A stretch of 10,494 nt of DNA from a virus: UHGV virus genome UHGV-1956501, one strand, 5' to 3'. Shown piece after piece: positions 1 to 6,539 of this stretch. Under the pieces are notes generated by a model that saw only the letters and a program-made list of their open reading frames with translations, had not been told where the DNA came from and did no database searches. Position 1 is the stretch's first letter, and each line of letters starts with the position of its first letter. The position numbers and the translations under genes were made by a program.

Positions 1-96
1 AGTATATTCTACATAAGTTAAGTATATGTACTTAGTACCATAAGTACTAGATCTTTTATTTTTTATTATTTAGTTATTTTAGTTATATTCTTTATG

Positions 97-177
97 TGTC
101 CGTATCACGGACAGTTGGTGTCCGTATTACGGACAGATGTGTCCGCGTGACGGACAGTAGTGTCCGTATCACGGACA
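97..177. repeat. Four tandem 17-bp palindromes TGTCCG-N5-CGGACA (97-113, 119-135, 140-156, 161-177), phased 21-22 bp; candidate operator/iteron array
   Basis: Read directly: TGTCCGtatcaCGGACA, TGTCCGtattaCGGACA, TGTCCGcgtgaCGGACA, TGTCCGtatcaCGGACA. Arms are perfect reverse complements; start-to-start spacing 22, 21, 21 bp (about two helical turns). Sits beside an AT-rich tract (40-95) with TAGTTAT direct repeats. Confidence 0.85.
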
Positions 178-252
178 GTTAATAGTATCTGTTCTAGAGC
201 GAACATAAAACATACGAATCCTTATAGTACAGATATTTAAGTTTTTACTGGT

Positions 253-603
253 CTAACCAGTTGTTGACATTCGAATAACCTCTTCTGGTGGCAAAACTTT
301 GGAAAATGTGCATCTTTTACCTCTCCCTTGTGTGGATATTTCAACCACTCCTGCACATTCTAAAGTTTTAACGCACGCTGCTGCTTTTGTTTTCTTTATC
401 CCAACATCTGCTGCAATTTTCCTTGTGCTGGGTGTGAAGCGTGAATTTCCTCCAAGCTTGTACCAGTTGTGCAGGTAGCAGTATACGATCTTGTCATATA
501 AGTCAAGAACAACAACCTCCCCAGTTGTGTCATTCAAAACTTTTGACATAGACAGTATTTCAAGGGGGACTTTAAGATATAGCAGCTTATCCCCATCTTT
601 CAT
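253..603 (-). CDS. Hypothetical small protein, possible helix-turn-helix DNA-binding protein
   Basis: 116-aa ORF with ATG start and AGGAG Shine-Dalgarno just upstream on the minus strand; no competing plus-strand ORF. Segment FTPSTRKIAADVGIKKTKAAACVKTLECAGVV looks HTH-like. Function is inference only. Confidence 0.55.
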   Translation of the reverse strand: MKDGDKLLYLKVPLEILSMSKVLNDTTGEVVVLDLYDKIVYCYLHNWYKLGGNSRFTPSTRKIAADVGIKKTKAAACVKTLECAGVVEISTQGRGKRCTFSKVLPPEEVIRMSTTG

Positions 604-650
604 ATCTCCTGATTCTCCTTGTGTGGCAATTTTCTTTAAAATAGCAGGGA

Positions 651-1226
651 TTACTCCCCGCTGTCAATAGCAAGACTCATTGCAATACGGTATGCCTCTT
701 CTAATGGTAAGAGTCTCCCCCACACATCCCAACCGACATCAAACTGCCTGCCAAACAACTGCTGTGTGGTTCCGTGAGCATGACCGAACAGTTGGACTGA
801 TCCGTGAGGCTTTCTGTTCCACTTTGCAAACTGGTAATGGCTCATACAGATCAAATTCTTGTTGTGGCGAAGCTCGTAATAATCTACAACCTCATGACCG
901 AACTCTTTCATAATTCTGACAGTCGTCCTTGTGTCATGGTTGCCACGAACAAGAATAATATGCCCGTTCAACATATTTAGAATATCTGGAAGTAAGTTGT
1001 TGATATTCTTATCATTAGTGCACGCAATATCTCCCAGGTGGAACACAGTGTCTGCAGGTGACACAACAGAGTTCCACTCGGTGATGATTCCCGCATTCAT
1101 ACTGTCAAGATTGTGATCATATTGAGATCTGTGTTTTTGACATGAATCAAACTCCATGACCCGCTGTTGGAGAAAGTGTGTGTCGCTTGTTACAAAGTAT
1201 TTTAATGCAGATGACCTAGTAGACAA
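651..1226 (-). CDS. Calcineurin-like metallophosphoesterase
   Basis: Ordered metallophosphoesterase motifs in the translation: SDTHF (D-x-H), HLGDIA (GD), VRGNHD (GNHD), later His, FGHAHG (GH-x-H). Longest ORF starts at TTG (1224-1226) with no in-frame ATG before motif I, so the start codon is uncertain. Confidence 0.75.
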   Translation of the reverse strand: MSTRSSALKYFVTSDTHFLQQRVMEFDSCQKHRSQYDHNLDSMNAGIITEWNSVVSPADTVFHLGDIACTNDKNINNLLPDILNMLNGHIILVRGNHDTRTTVRIMKEFGHEVVDYYELRHNKNLICMSHYQFAKWNRKPHGSVQLFGHAHGTTQQLFGRQFDVGWDVWGRLLPLEEAYRIAMSLAIDSGE

Positions 1227-2106
1227 AGGTCTTGTAACCAGTCGGTATTATCCAGATCTTGGATTAAAGATCTATAAATATGCCAGAAAAGTATTCTACA
1301 ACAATCTGTGGCATTTGTCTCCGCGTTTACTGGAGTGCCGAGGTATTGTTGTTGGCAATGAGGGGAATGTTGTGGCATGGCCTTTCACAAAAGTATTCAA
1401 CTTAGGAGAAAACTCCACCAACCTACCGGACAGTAAACTTGTTACTGCGGTAGAGAAAAAGAACGGATTCCTTGGTGTGGTGTCATCTCATAAAGGTGAA
1501 CTATTGTTCTCAACAACCGGGTCTCTTGATTCTCCATATTGTAACCTTGCAAAGGAAACCATCCAGGAGCAATGTGGTAATTTAGATCTTATCAAGAAGG
1601 TTATGGGCAATGAAAATATGACATTCATGTTTGAAATTTGTCACCCCTCAGATCCGCATATTGTTCAGGAAGATCATGGCGCATATTTGATAGGTTGCAG
1701 ATATAATGATTCTGGAATAATACTACCAGAAGCAGCTTTAGATGGGATTGCCAAATACCTTGGTGCAAAACGTCCTCACACTGTGCGTGAAATTCCGTTC
1801 AGTTATGCAAAAGAATTAGCTGCAGAAACAAGAGGTGAAGGGTATATGATTCGTAAGCCTTACTACCCTTATGATCTGCAGCTGAAGATTAAGTCTCCAT
1901 ACTATCTGGCACGGAAGGCCGTAATGAGGGGTAAAGCTTGGAAGATTTGGGATGATGATATCTTTAAACGTGTTGACGAAGAGTTTTACGGCATGGTAAA
2001 CTTCATTCGCAACAACTACACAGAGGATGTATGGAACTGCCTCCTGGAGCAGGAACGCCGTGAGATACTTGACTACTATTTCCACAACGAGGACTATATG
2101 CAATGA
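1156..2106 (+). CDS. rnlA: ATP-dependent RNA ligase, T4 Rnl1 (RnlA)-like, with short C-terminal region
   Basis: Nucleotidyltransferase motifs: motif I K-x-N-G (EKKNGFLGVV), motif IV EGYMIRK, motif V LKIKSPYY. N-terminal segments KYFNADDL, LLECRGI and KVFNLGEN match the T4 Rnl1 N-terminus as recalled from memory. ATG 1156 overlaps the divergent phosphoesterase 5' end; GTG 1180 is an alternative start. Confidence 0.75.
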   Translation: MTRCWRKCVSLVTKYFNADDLVDKGLVTSRYYPDLGLKIYKYARKVFYNNLWHLSPRLLECRGIVVGNEGNVVAWPFTKVFNLGENSTNLPDSKLVTAVEKKNGFLGVVSSHKGELLFSTTGSLDSPYCNLAKETIQEQCGNLDLIKKVMGNENMTFMFEICHPSDPHIVQEDHGAYLIGCRYNDSGIILPEAALDGIAKYLGAKRPHTVREIPFSYAKELAAETRGEGYMIRKPYYPYDLQLKIKSPYYLARKAVMRGKAWKIWDDDIFKRVDEEFYGMVNFIRNNYTEDVWNCLLEQERREILDYYFHNEDYMQ

Positions 2107-2453
2107 AGAAGTTGATTGTGTGGCTGGATGACTTGAGAGACCCGTCAAATTATGGGCTCCCAGACGCTATTTGGCTAAAGAATTCCTCCGAGTTTATGGA
2201 TTTTATTAACGATAATAGAAAGCTCTACAGACGCGTTTCTGAGTGGCATATGGACAACGACCTTGGAGAGGTATTAGAAGGGTACGATTGCCTATCTATG
2301 TTGGAGGAAAAATTTGTATTTGGTAAGCCTCCTGTAGTTGACAACGTGAAGATTTTCGTGCATACTTCTAACCCATCAGCTGCTCGTAAATTCATGCTTG
2401 CAGCTGACTCGTTTAAAAAGTTTGGAATAGAGATTAAACAAAACATCTACTGA
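2103..2453 (+). CDS. Hypothetical protein (116 aa); possible CheY-like receiver / flavodoxin-like fold
   Basis: ATG overlaps the upstream stop (ATGA, 2103-2106), suggesting translational coupling. Acidic residues and a Thr/Lys pair at CheY-like spacing (D9 D10, D51/D53, T88, K105/K106); fold assignment is speculative. Confidence 0.6.
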   Translation: MKKLIVWLDDLRDPSNYGLPDAIWLKNSSEFMDFINDNRKLYRRVSEWHMDNDLGEVLEGYDCLSMLEEKFVFGKPPVVDNVKIFVHTSNPSAARKFMLAADSFKKFGIEIKQNIY

Positions 2454-2461
2454 GGACACTT

Positions 2462-3223
2462 ATGCGACGACTTATTATTATCTCCGGTGCTGGTTTGAGC
2501 GCTGAATCTGGTATTCCCACTTTCCGATCTGGTAGCACTGCAATGTGGGAGAATTTCAGCATCGATGAGGTGTGCAACATTCACACCTTTGCCAAGAACT
2601 ACTATAAGGTGCATGACTTTTACAATGCACGTCGTGTAGCTCTAGGCAGTGTTGAGCCTAACCTTGCACATCTTCGGATCGCTGAGTGGTATTCCCGCTG
2701 GTCTGGTCGTGTGATCAACATTACCACCAATGTGGATGATTTGCTGGAGCGTGCTGGTGTAAAACATGAAGATATTTTACATGTCCACGGGTATTTGCCA
2801 GAAATAGTCTATGAGGACGATGAAGGAAGTAACGTCATTAAGGACATTGGATACTCTGAGGTAGATGCAGAAAAGTATACCTGGGTTAAGCCTAATGTGG
2901 TGTTCTTCGGAGAAGTAGCTCCGAAGTATACAGACATGTACGACCTGTTGACTTCCCTTACGAGTAATGATATGGTTATCCTTGTAGGGTGTTCCAACAC
3001 AGTTATCAATTTTAACTGGGAGCTATTCCCTGCCTGCAATAAGGGAACCAAGCTGCTGATCGTTAACAAATACGACTCACAGCATCTAGAGGAGAATGGC
3101 ATTTCACGTAGTGATATTTACCAATATGAGGATCGCGGCATCCCAGTTTGGTTTAACGGGGCGGTTGATGCTTTCTCTGATAAAACATTCATTGAGACCG
3201 TAGAAAACTTTATGGAACTTTAA
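2462..3223 (+). CDS. Sir2-family protein (sirtuin-like NAD-dependent deacylase / ADP-ribosyltransferase / NADase), no zinc ribbon
   Basis: Sirtuin Rossmann motifs: ISGAGLSAESGIPTFRS (GAG-x-S-x-x-SGIP-x-FR), ITTNVDDL (TQN-x-D-x-L-like), LHVHG (catalytic His-Gly), VVFFGE (FGE), ILVGCSNTV. No CxxC...CxxC zinc-binding module is present. Confidence 0.85.
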   Translation: MRRLIIISGAGLSAESGIPTFRSGSTAMWENFSIDEVCNIHTFAKNYYKVHDFYNARRVALGSVEPNLAHLRIAEWYSRWSGRVINITTNVDDLLERAGVKHEDILHVHGYLPEIVYEDDEGSNVIKDIGYSEVDAEKYTWVKPNVVFFGEVAPKYTDMYDLLTSLTSNDMVILVGCSNTVINFNWELFPACNKGTKLLIVNKYDSQHLEENGISRSDIYQYEDRGIPVWFNGAVDAFSDKTFIETVENFMEL

Positions 3224-3236
3224 AAGGAGACCTTTA

Positions 3237-3950
3237 ATGCTGAATACCAAATTAATTGACAACCTGGAAAAACTGTCCCAACCTGAAAACTACCTTTGGT
3301 CTGCCAACTGGGTGGAAAACTGGAACCGTGTGGCAGCTAAAGTGAAAAAATCATACACACCATTCGAATTACAGCTTAGCTTCATTGAGGAAGAGTTCAA
3401 TGAAGTTTTGGAAGAGCTGGAGAAAGGTGATGGTGGAGATCACCTGCTAAAAGAGGCCTGCGATCTTCACGTTGTCACAAGTTATGCCGCTTATCTTGTT
3501 AATGATAATCACGAAAAGTGGTCAAACCTGTTTGATAATCCACGAGGCCTTAAGTTCAAGATCGGTGAGTTCTATGATACCCTGATCGCTGCGAAAAACA
3601 CCTCCAAGCAAAAAGCGTCCGCTTACCGCTTAGCAGAGTTGTCAACAGCTTTGCTGTTCCAGCTTCGCGGCGATGTGTGCGGGATGATGCGTAAGGTTCT
3701 CAAATCGAATGACAGCAAGTTTGCACGGGTCAACCATCTACGGTATTCACACGGTGCCAGTGCAGATATGCCTGCTGAACAACTCATCGAGTTGGAGATT
3801 AAAGATCTTGAGCGGCGCTTTGATGGTCGATATGAAGGTTTTGTTGCTAAGGAAGAATTCTACAACGGTAATAAAGTTATCATATTCCTTGACAGTAAAG
3901 GTAAGATCATGAAGCCTTCGAGCTTCAAGGATGTAACAGAGTATATTTAA
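3237..3950 (+). CDS. Hypothetical protein; possible all-alpha NTP pyrophosphohydrolase (MazG/HisE-like) N-terminal domain
   Basis: AGGAG Shine-Dalgarno (3225-3229) before ATG 3237. Acidic helix pattern SFIEEEFNEVLEELEKGDGGDHLLKEACDLHVV resembles the E-x-x-E...E-x-x-D metal-binding helices of MazG-like enzymes; assignment is tentative. Confidence 0.5.
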   Translation: MLNTKLIDNLEKLSQPENYLWSANWVENWNRVAAKVKKSYTPFELQLSFIEEEFNEVLEELEKGDGGDHLLKEACDLHVVTSYAAYLVNDNHEKWSNLFDNPRGLKFKIGEFYDTLIAAKNTSKQKASAYRLAELSTALLFQLRGDVCGMMRKVLKSNDSKFARVNHLRYSHGASADMPAEQLIELEIKDLERRFDGRYEGFVAKEEFYNGNKVIIFLDSKGKIMKPSSFKDVTEYI

Positions 3951-3956
3951 CAACAT

Positions 3957-3985
3957 AGCCGGGATTACCCGGCTTTACTTGTTGT
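3957..3985 (+). terminator. Putative rho-independent terminator
   Basis: GC-rich hairpin AGCCGGG-atta-CCCGGCT (7-bp stem, 4-nt loop, 3957-3974) followed by T-rich TTACTTGTTGT, directly after the 3237..3950 stop. Confidence 0.5.
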
Positions 3986-4013
3986 GGAAAGTATGCAAGT
4001 GAGGAAGATAGTT

Positions 4014-4322
4014 ATGTACAAGCACTCTAGAGATCTTGAAAACGATGCTGTGTTTGGGGATCAGATGAAAGAGTTGGTTAAACTCATAGGCAGGATAGAG
4101 GATAAGTTTGACACTAAAATCTACATCGACAGCAAAGTATTCAACCACAAAATATGGACAAATCTGTGTGTTGGACTACATGGAGATAAAGATGTGGTAA
4201 ATTTAGTTGTAATTAAGTTCATAGTGTGGCAGAATAAAACTATAAATTATTACGATCCACACCTACTTGTTTACCCGATAAAAGACCTATTAGATAAGGA
4301 GGACTGCAATGCCGTTATTTAA
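4014..4322 (+). CDS. Hypothetical protein
   Basis: Longest ORF starts at GTG 3984; in-frame ATGs at 3993 and 4014. ATG 4014 has the best Shine-Dalgarno (GAGGAAG, 4001-4007). No recognisable motifs. Confidence 0.45.
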   Translation: MYKHSRDLENDAVFGDQMKELVKLIGRIEDKFDTKIYIDSKVFNHKIWTNLCVGLHGDKDVVNLVVIKFIVWQNKTINYYDPHLLVYPIKDLLDKEDCNAVI

Positions 4323-4578
4323 TCTTGCTAAACCTGTAGAAGCACACCAGTTTGACGGAAGCTCTTCATCAGTATCTGATCTGCAACGGTGGATTGATAC
4401 AGGTGTGTTTACATCGTCACCTGTTCGGACCAGAGATCTTCGTCGCATGTGTGAGCTTGTAGAGCCGTTTGGTAACCTAGTCTTGTACCAGGGAGATTGG
4501 TTAGTTGACTTTATGGGAGACTGGTTGGTAATGAGTAAAGAAGAGATGTTTAAAATTTTTAAGGAAGAGGCCGAGTAA
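4309..4578 (+). CDS. Hypothetical protein (89 aa)
   Basis: Strong Shine-Dalgarno AAGGAGG (4296-4302) 6 nt before ATG 4309; stop overlaps the downstream start (TAATG). No recognisable motifs. Confidence 0.55.
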   Translation: MPLFNLAKPVEAHQFDGSSSSVSDLQRWIDTGVFTSSPVRTRDLRRMCELVEPFGNLVLYQGDWLVDFMGDWLVMSKEEMFKIFKEEAE

Positions 4579-5861
4579 TGCATCAAATCAAAACAACACT
4601 GTACGCACTGAATAAAGATGGCAGCTACCAACAGTGGAAAGTATTCACGGATGGTGATAAGGTTATCGTAGAGTTTGGCAAGCTTGATGGTAAACTGCAA
4701 TACAAAGAGACGATCTGCACACCTAAGAACGTTGGTCGCGCCAATGAAACTACAGCTGAGCAACAGGCCGAGCTGGAAGCGATCAGTAAGTGGGAAAAAC
4801 AGGTCCGACTTGGGTACGTGGAGAGTATGGAAGATTGTGAGCAAGGTGTTGATCTTCTACCCATGTTGGTGCATGACTACCTGAAGCGTGGCAAGGCACT
4901 TAAATTACCTTGCTGGATCTTGCGTAAGTTAGATGGCCTTCGTCTACTTGTTGTTTTCCAGAATGGTGAGCCTAAATTTATTTCCCGTGGTAATAAGTCC
5001 TACCCTATTCAAGGAAAGCTTCTGGAGCAACTTCGCTCTTTCCACCTAACCACCGGGATTAAACAGCTCGACGGAGAGCTCTATATTCATGGTCTTCCTC
5101 TGCAGAAAATAGTGTCTCTTGCTAAACGGTGGCGCACACAGGAAGAAATTCAGGCCGAGATCGATAAAGACTACAAGGCAGATAAAAAACGCCGTCAGGC
5201 TGCGATTAAGGCAGGTTTAGCAACATACAAAAACTTCAACAAGATGGACATTCCTGTTGATGTTGAGCCTGTTCGTGATGATTTGCGTTACGGAGGGTAC
5301 TGCAGCTACGATCTGGAGTATCACATTTTTGATATTCCTAGCGACAAGGTGTGGTGGGATCCAGAAACAGAGTCTGGACGCTGCAAGGATCTTATGGATG
5401 CAGAGGATACCGTTACCACTCTGATGCTTGACCATATCAAGGTTGTTGACGCAGAGCTTGCGTACACAGTTGATCATTGCGAAGAATCTGTTGGTATATT
5501 CATGTCCGAAGGATATGAAGGTACTATCATGCGTAATTTCTGCGGTAAATACGAGTACGGTCAGCGAACATCTGAAGCATTGAAATGGAAAAAGTTCAAC
5601 GACGCAGAGGTGAAAGTTATTGACGTTGAGAAAGATAAGAATGACGAAGGTGTTCTTATCTGTGTTGACAAGGAAGGTGTTGTTGTTAAAATGAAGATGA
5701 AAGGTACGCACGAGGAGCGTAGCTATGACAGGATGCAGGAAATGATCGGAAAGTTCGTCACCTTCAAATATCAAGCAAGGACAGAAGACAACAACTACCA
5801 ATTCCCTGTCGGTATCTGCGTCCGAAATGTTAACCCAGATACTTGGGAGGTTCTGGAATGA
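4578..5861 (+). CDS. ATP-dependent DNA ligase with about 115-aa N-terminal extension
   Basis: Covalent nucleotidyltransferase motifs in order: motif I ILRKLDGLRLLVV (K-x-D-G-x-R) with downstream ISRGNK, motif III LDGELYIHG, motif IV EGTIMRN, motif V LKWKKF, C-terminal OB-like region. ATG overlaps upstream stop (TAATG). Confidence 0.8.
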   Translation: MHQIKTTLYALNKDGSYQQWKVFTDGDKVIVEFGKLDGKLQYKETICTPKNVGRANETTAEQQAELEAISKWEKQVRLGYVESMEDCEQGVDLLPMLVHDYLKRGKALKLPCWILRKLDGLRLLVVFQNGEPKFISRGNKSYPIQGKLLEQLRSFHLTTGIKQLDGELYIHGLPLQKIVSLAKRWRTQEEIQAEIDKDYKADKKRRQAAIKAGLATYKNFNKMDIPVDVEPVRDDLRYGGYCSYDLEYHIFDIPSDKVWWDPETESGRCKDLMDAEDTVTTLMLDHIKVVDAELAYTVDHCEESVGIFMSEGYEGTIMRNFCGKYEYGQRTSEALKWKKFNDAEVKVIDVEKDKNDEGVLICVDKEGVVVKMKMKGTHEERSYDRMQEMIGKFVTFKYQARTEDNNYQFPVGICVRNVNPDTWEVLE

Positions 5862-5987
5862 TGTAGGAAGGTTTAGTAGGTAACGGTAGCCAATTGAATG
5901 ATGGTTTTTCAAAATTGTCACCTATATAACCACACTATGCAGTGTTGTTGATCTGGTTAATTATGAGTAAACTGGAGAGTATGAAAA

Positions 5988-6485
5988 ATGAAACTTGATA
6001 AAAATGTTCAACGAAAAGCTTTCTTGGATCTTATTGGCTGGGCAGAGGGAACAACAACCCCCCCTGCCACCAAATGTGGAGGATACGATGTTGTAGCATA
6101 CGGGATGGACGGAAAACCTGAAATCTTTACAGATTTTTCTACGCACCCTTTTGCAAACGGTCGCCCTGGTAAAGTGTTTAACTCAAAAGGGCAAAGAACT
6201 ACAGCCTGCGGTAAATATCAATTTCTTGTCAAATACTGGGAACACTACAAAAAACAGCTTAAGTTGCCGGATTTTGGACCAGACAGTCAGGATAAGTGGG
6301 CGATCCAGTTGATCAGGGAACGTAAAGCACTTGAAGATATAGATAACGGTCATATTAAATCTGCTATACGTAAGACCTCAAATATTTGGGCTTCGTTCCC
6401 CTACAACCAGTACGACCAAAATCCAAAAACCATTGACAAGTTGCTTAAGAAATTTGTAGAGTTTGGAGGTGTTGTTCTGGATTAA
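5988..6485 (+). CDS. Endolysin, lambda R-type lytic transglycosylase
   Basis: Near-collinear matches to lambda R as recalled: QRKAFLD, GWAEGT, GYDV, FTDFS-HP, GKYQF, YWEHYKKQLKLPDFGPDSQD, IRERKAL, SNIWASFP, FGG. GGAGA Shine-Dalgarno 8 nt before ATG. Confidence 0.9.
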   Translation: MKLDKNVQRKAFLDLIGWAEGTTTPPATKCGGYDVVAYGMDGKPEIFTDFSTHPFANGRPGKVFNSKGQRTTACGKYQFLVKYWEHYKKQLKLPDFGPDSQDKWAIQLIRERKALEDIDNGHIKSAIRKTSNIWASFPYNQYDQNPKTIDKLLKKFVEFGGVVLD

Positions 6486-6492
6486 TGATTAA

Positions 6493-6515
6493 AAGGTAGG
6501 CCACTCGCCTACCTT
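6493..6515. other. Stem-loop (9-bp stem AAGGTAGGC / GCCTACCTT, loop CACTC) after the endolysin stop
   Basis: Read directly. On the plus strand it is not followed by a U-tract; the A-run before it would give a U-tract on the minus strand. Possible weak or bidirectional terminator or RNA-processing site. Confidence 0.25.
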
Positions 6516-6539
6516 GCTACACCAGAGGTGTGTTGAGAT

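Noticed and set aside
97-177. Reading the four repeats as a CRISPR array or as rho-independent terminators
   Set aside because: Units are 17-bp palindromes separated by only 4-5 bp, with no spacers or leader; stems are 6 bp with no U-tract on either strand. A protein-binding array is more consistent.
680-1116. Plus-strand ORFs 680..913 and 931..1116 inside the phosphoesterase region
   Set aside because: The minus-strand frame carries the full ordered metallophosphoesterase motif set; the plus-strand ORFs are short, motif-less and lack ribosome sites.
1816-3102. Minus-strand ORFs 1816..2148, 2225..2446 and 2809..3102 antisense to the RNA ligase, 116-aa and Sir2 genes
   Set aside because: The opposite strand encodes proteins with clear conserved motifs; these have no ribosome sites or recognisable features.
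4290-4844. Minus-strand ORFs of 184 aa (4290..4844) and 234 aa (5217..5921) antisense to the DNA ligase region
   Set aside because: The plus-strand frames carry ordered ligase motifs and coupled starts; the antisense translations are low-complexity with no motifs. Treated as shadow ORFs.
5862-5987. Sigma70 promoter for the endolysin in the 126-bp gap after the DNA ligase
   Set aside because: Best candidates (TTGTTG-N17-TAAACT, or TATATA near 5923 with no -35) are weak. Transcription is more likely read-through or from a phage-specific promoter not recognisable by eye.
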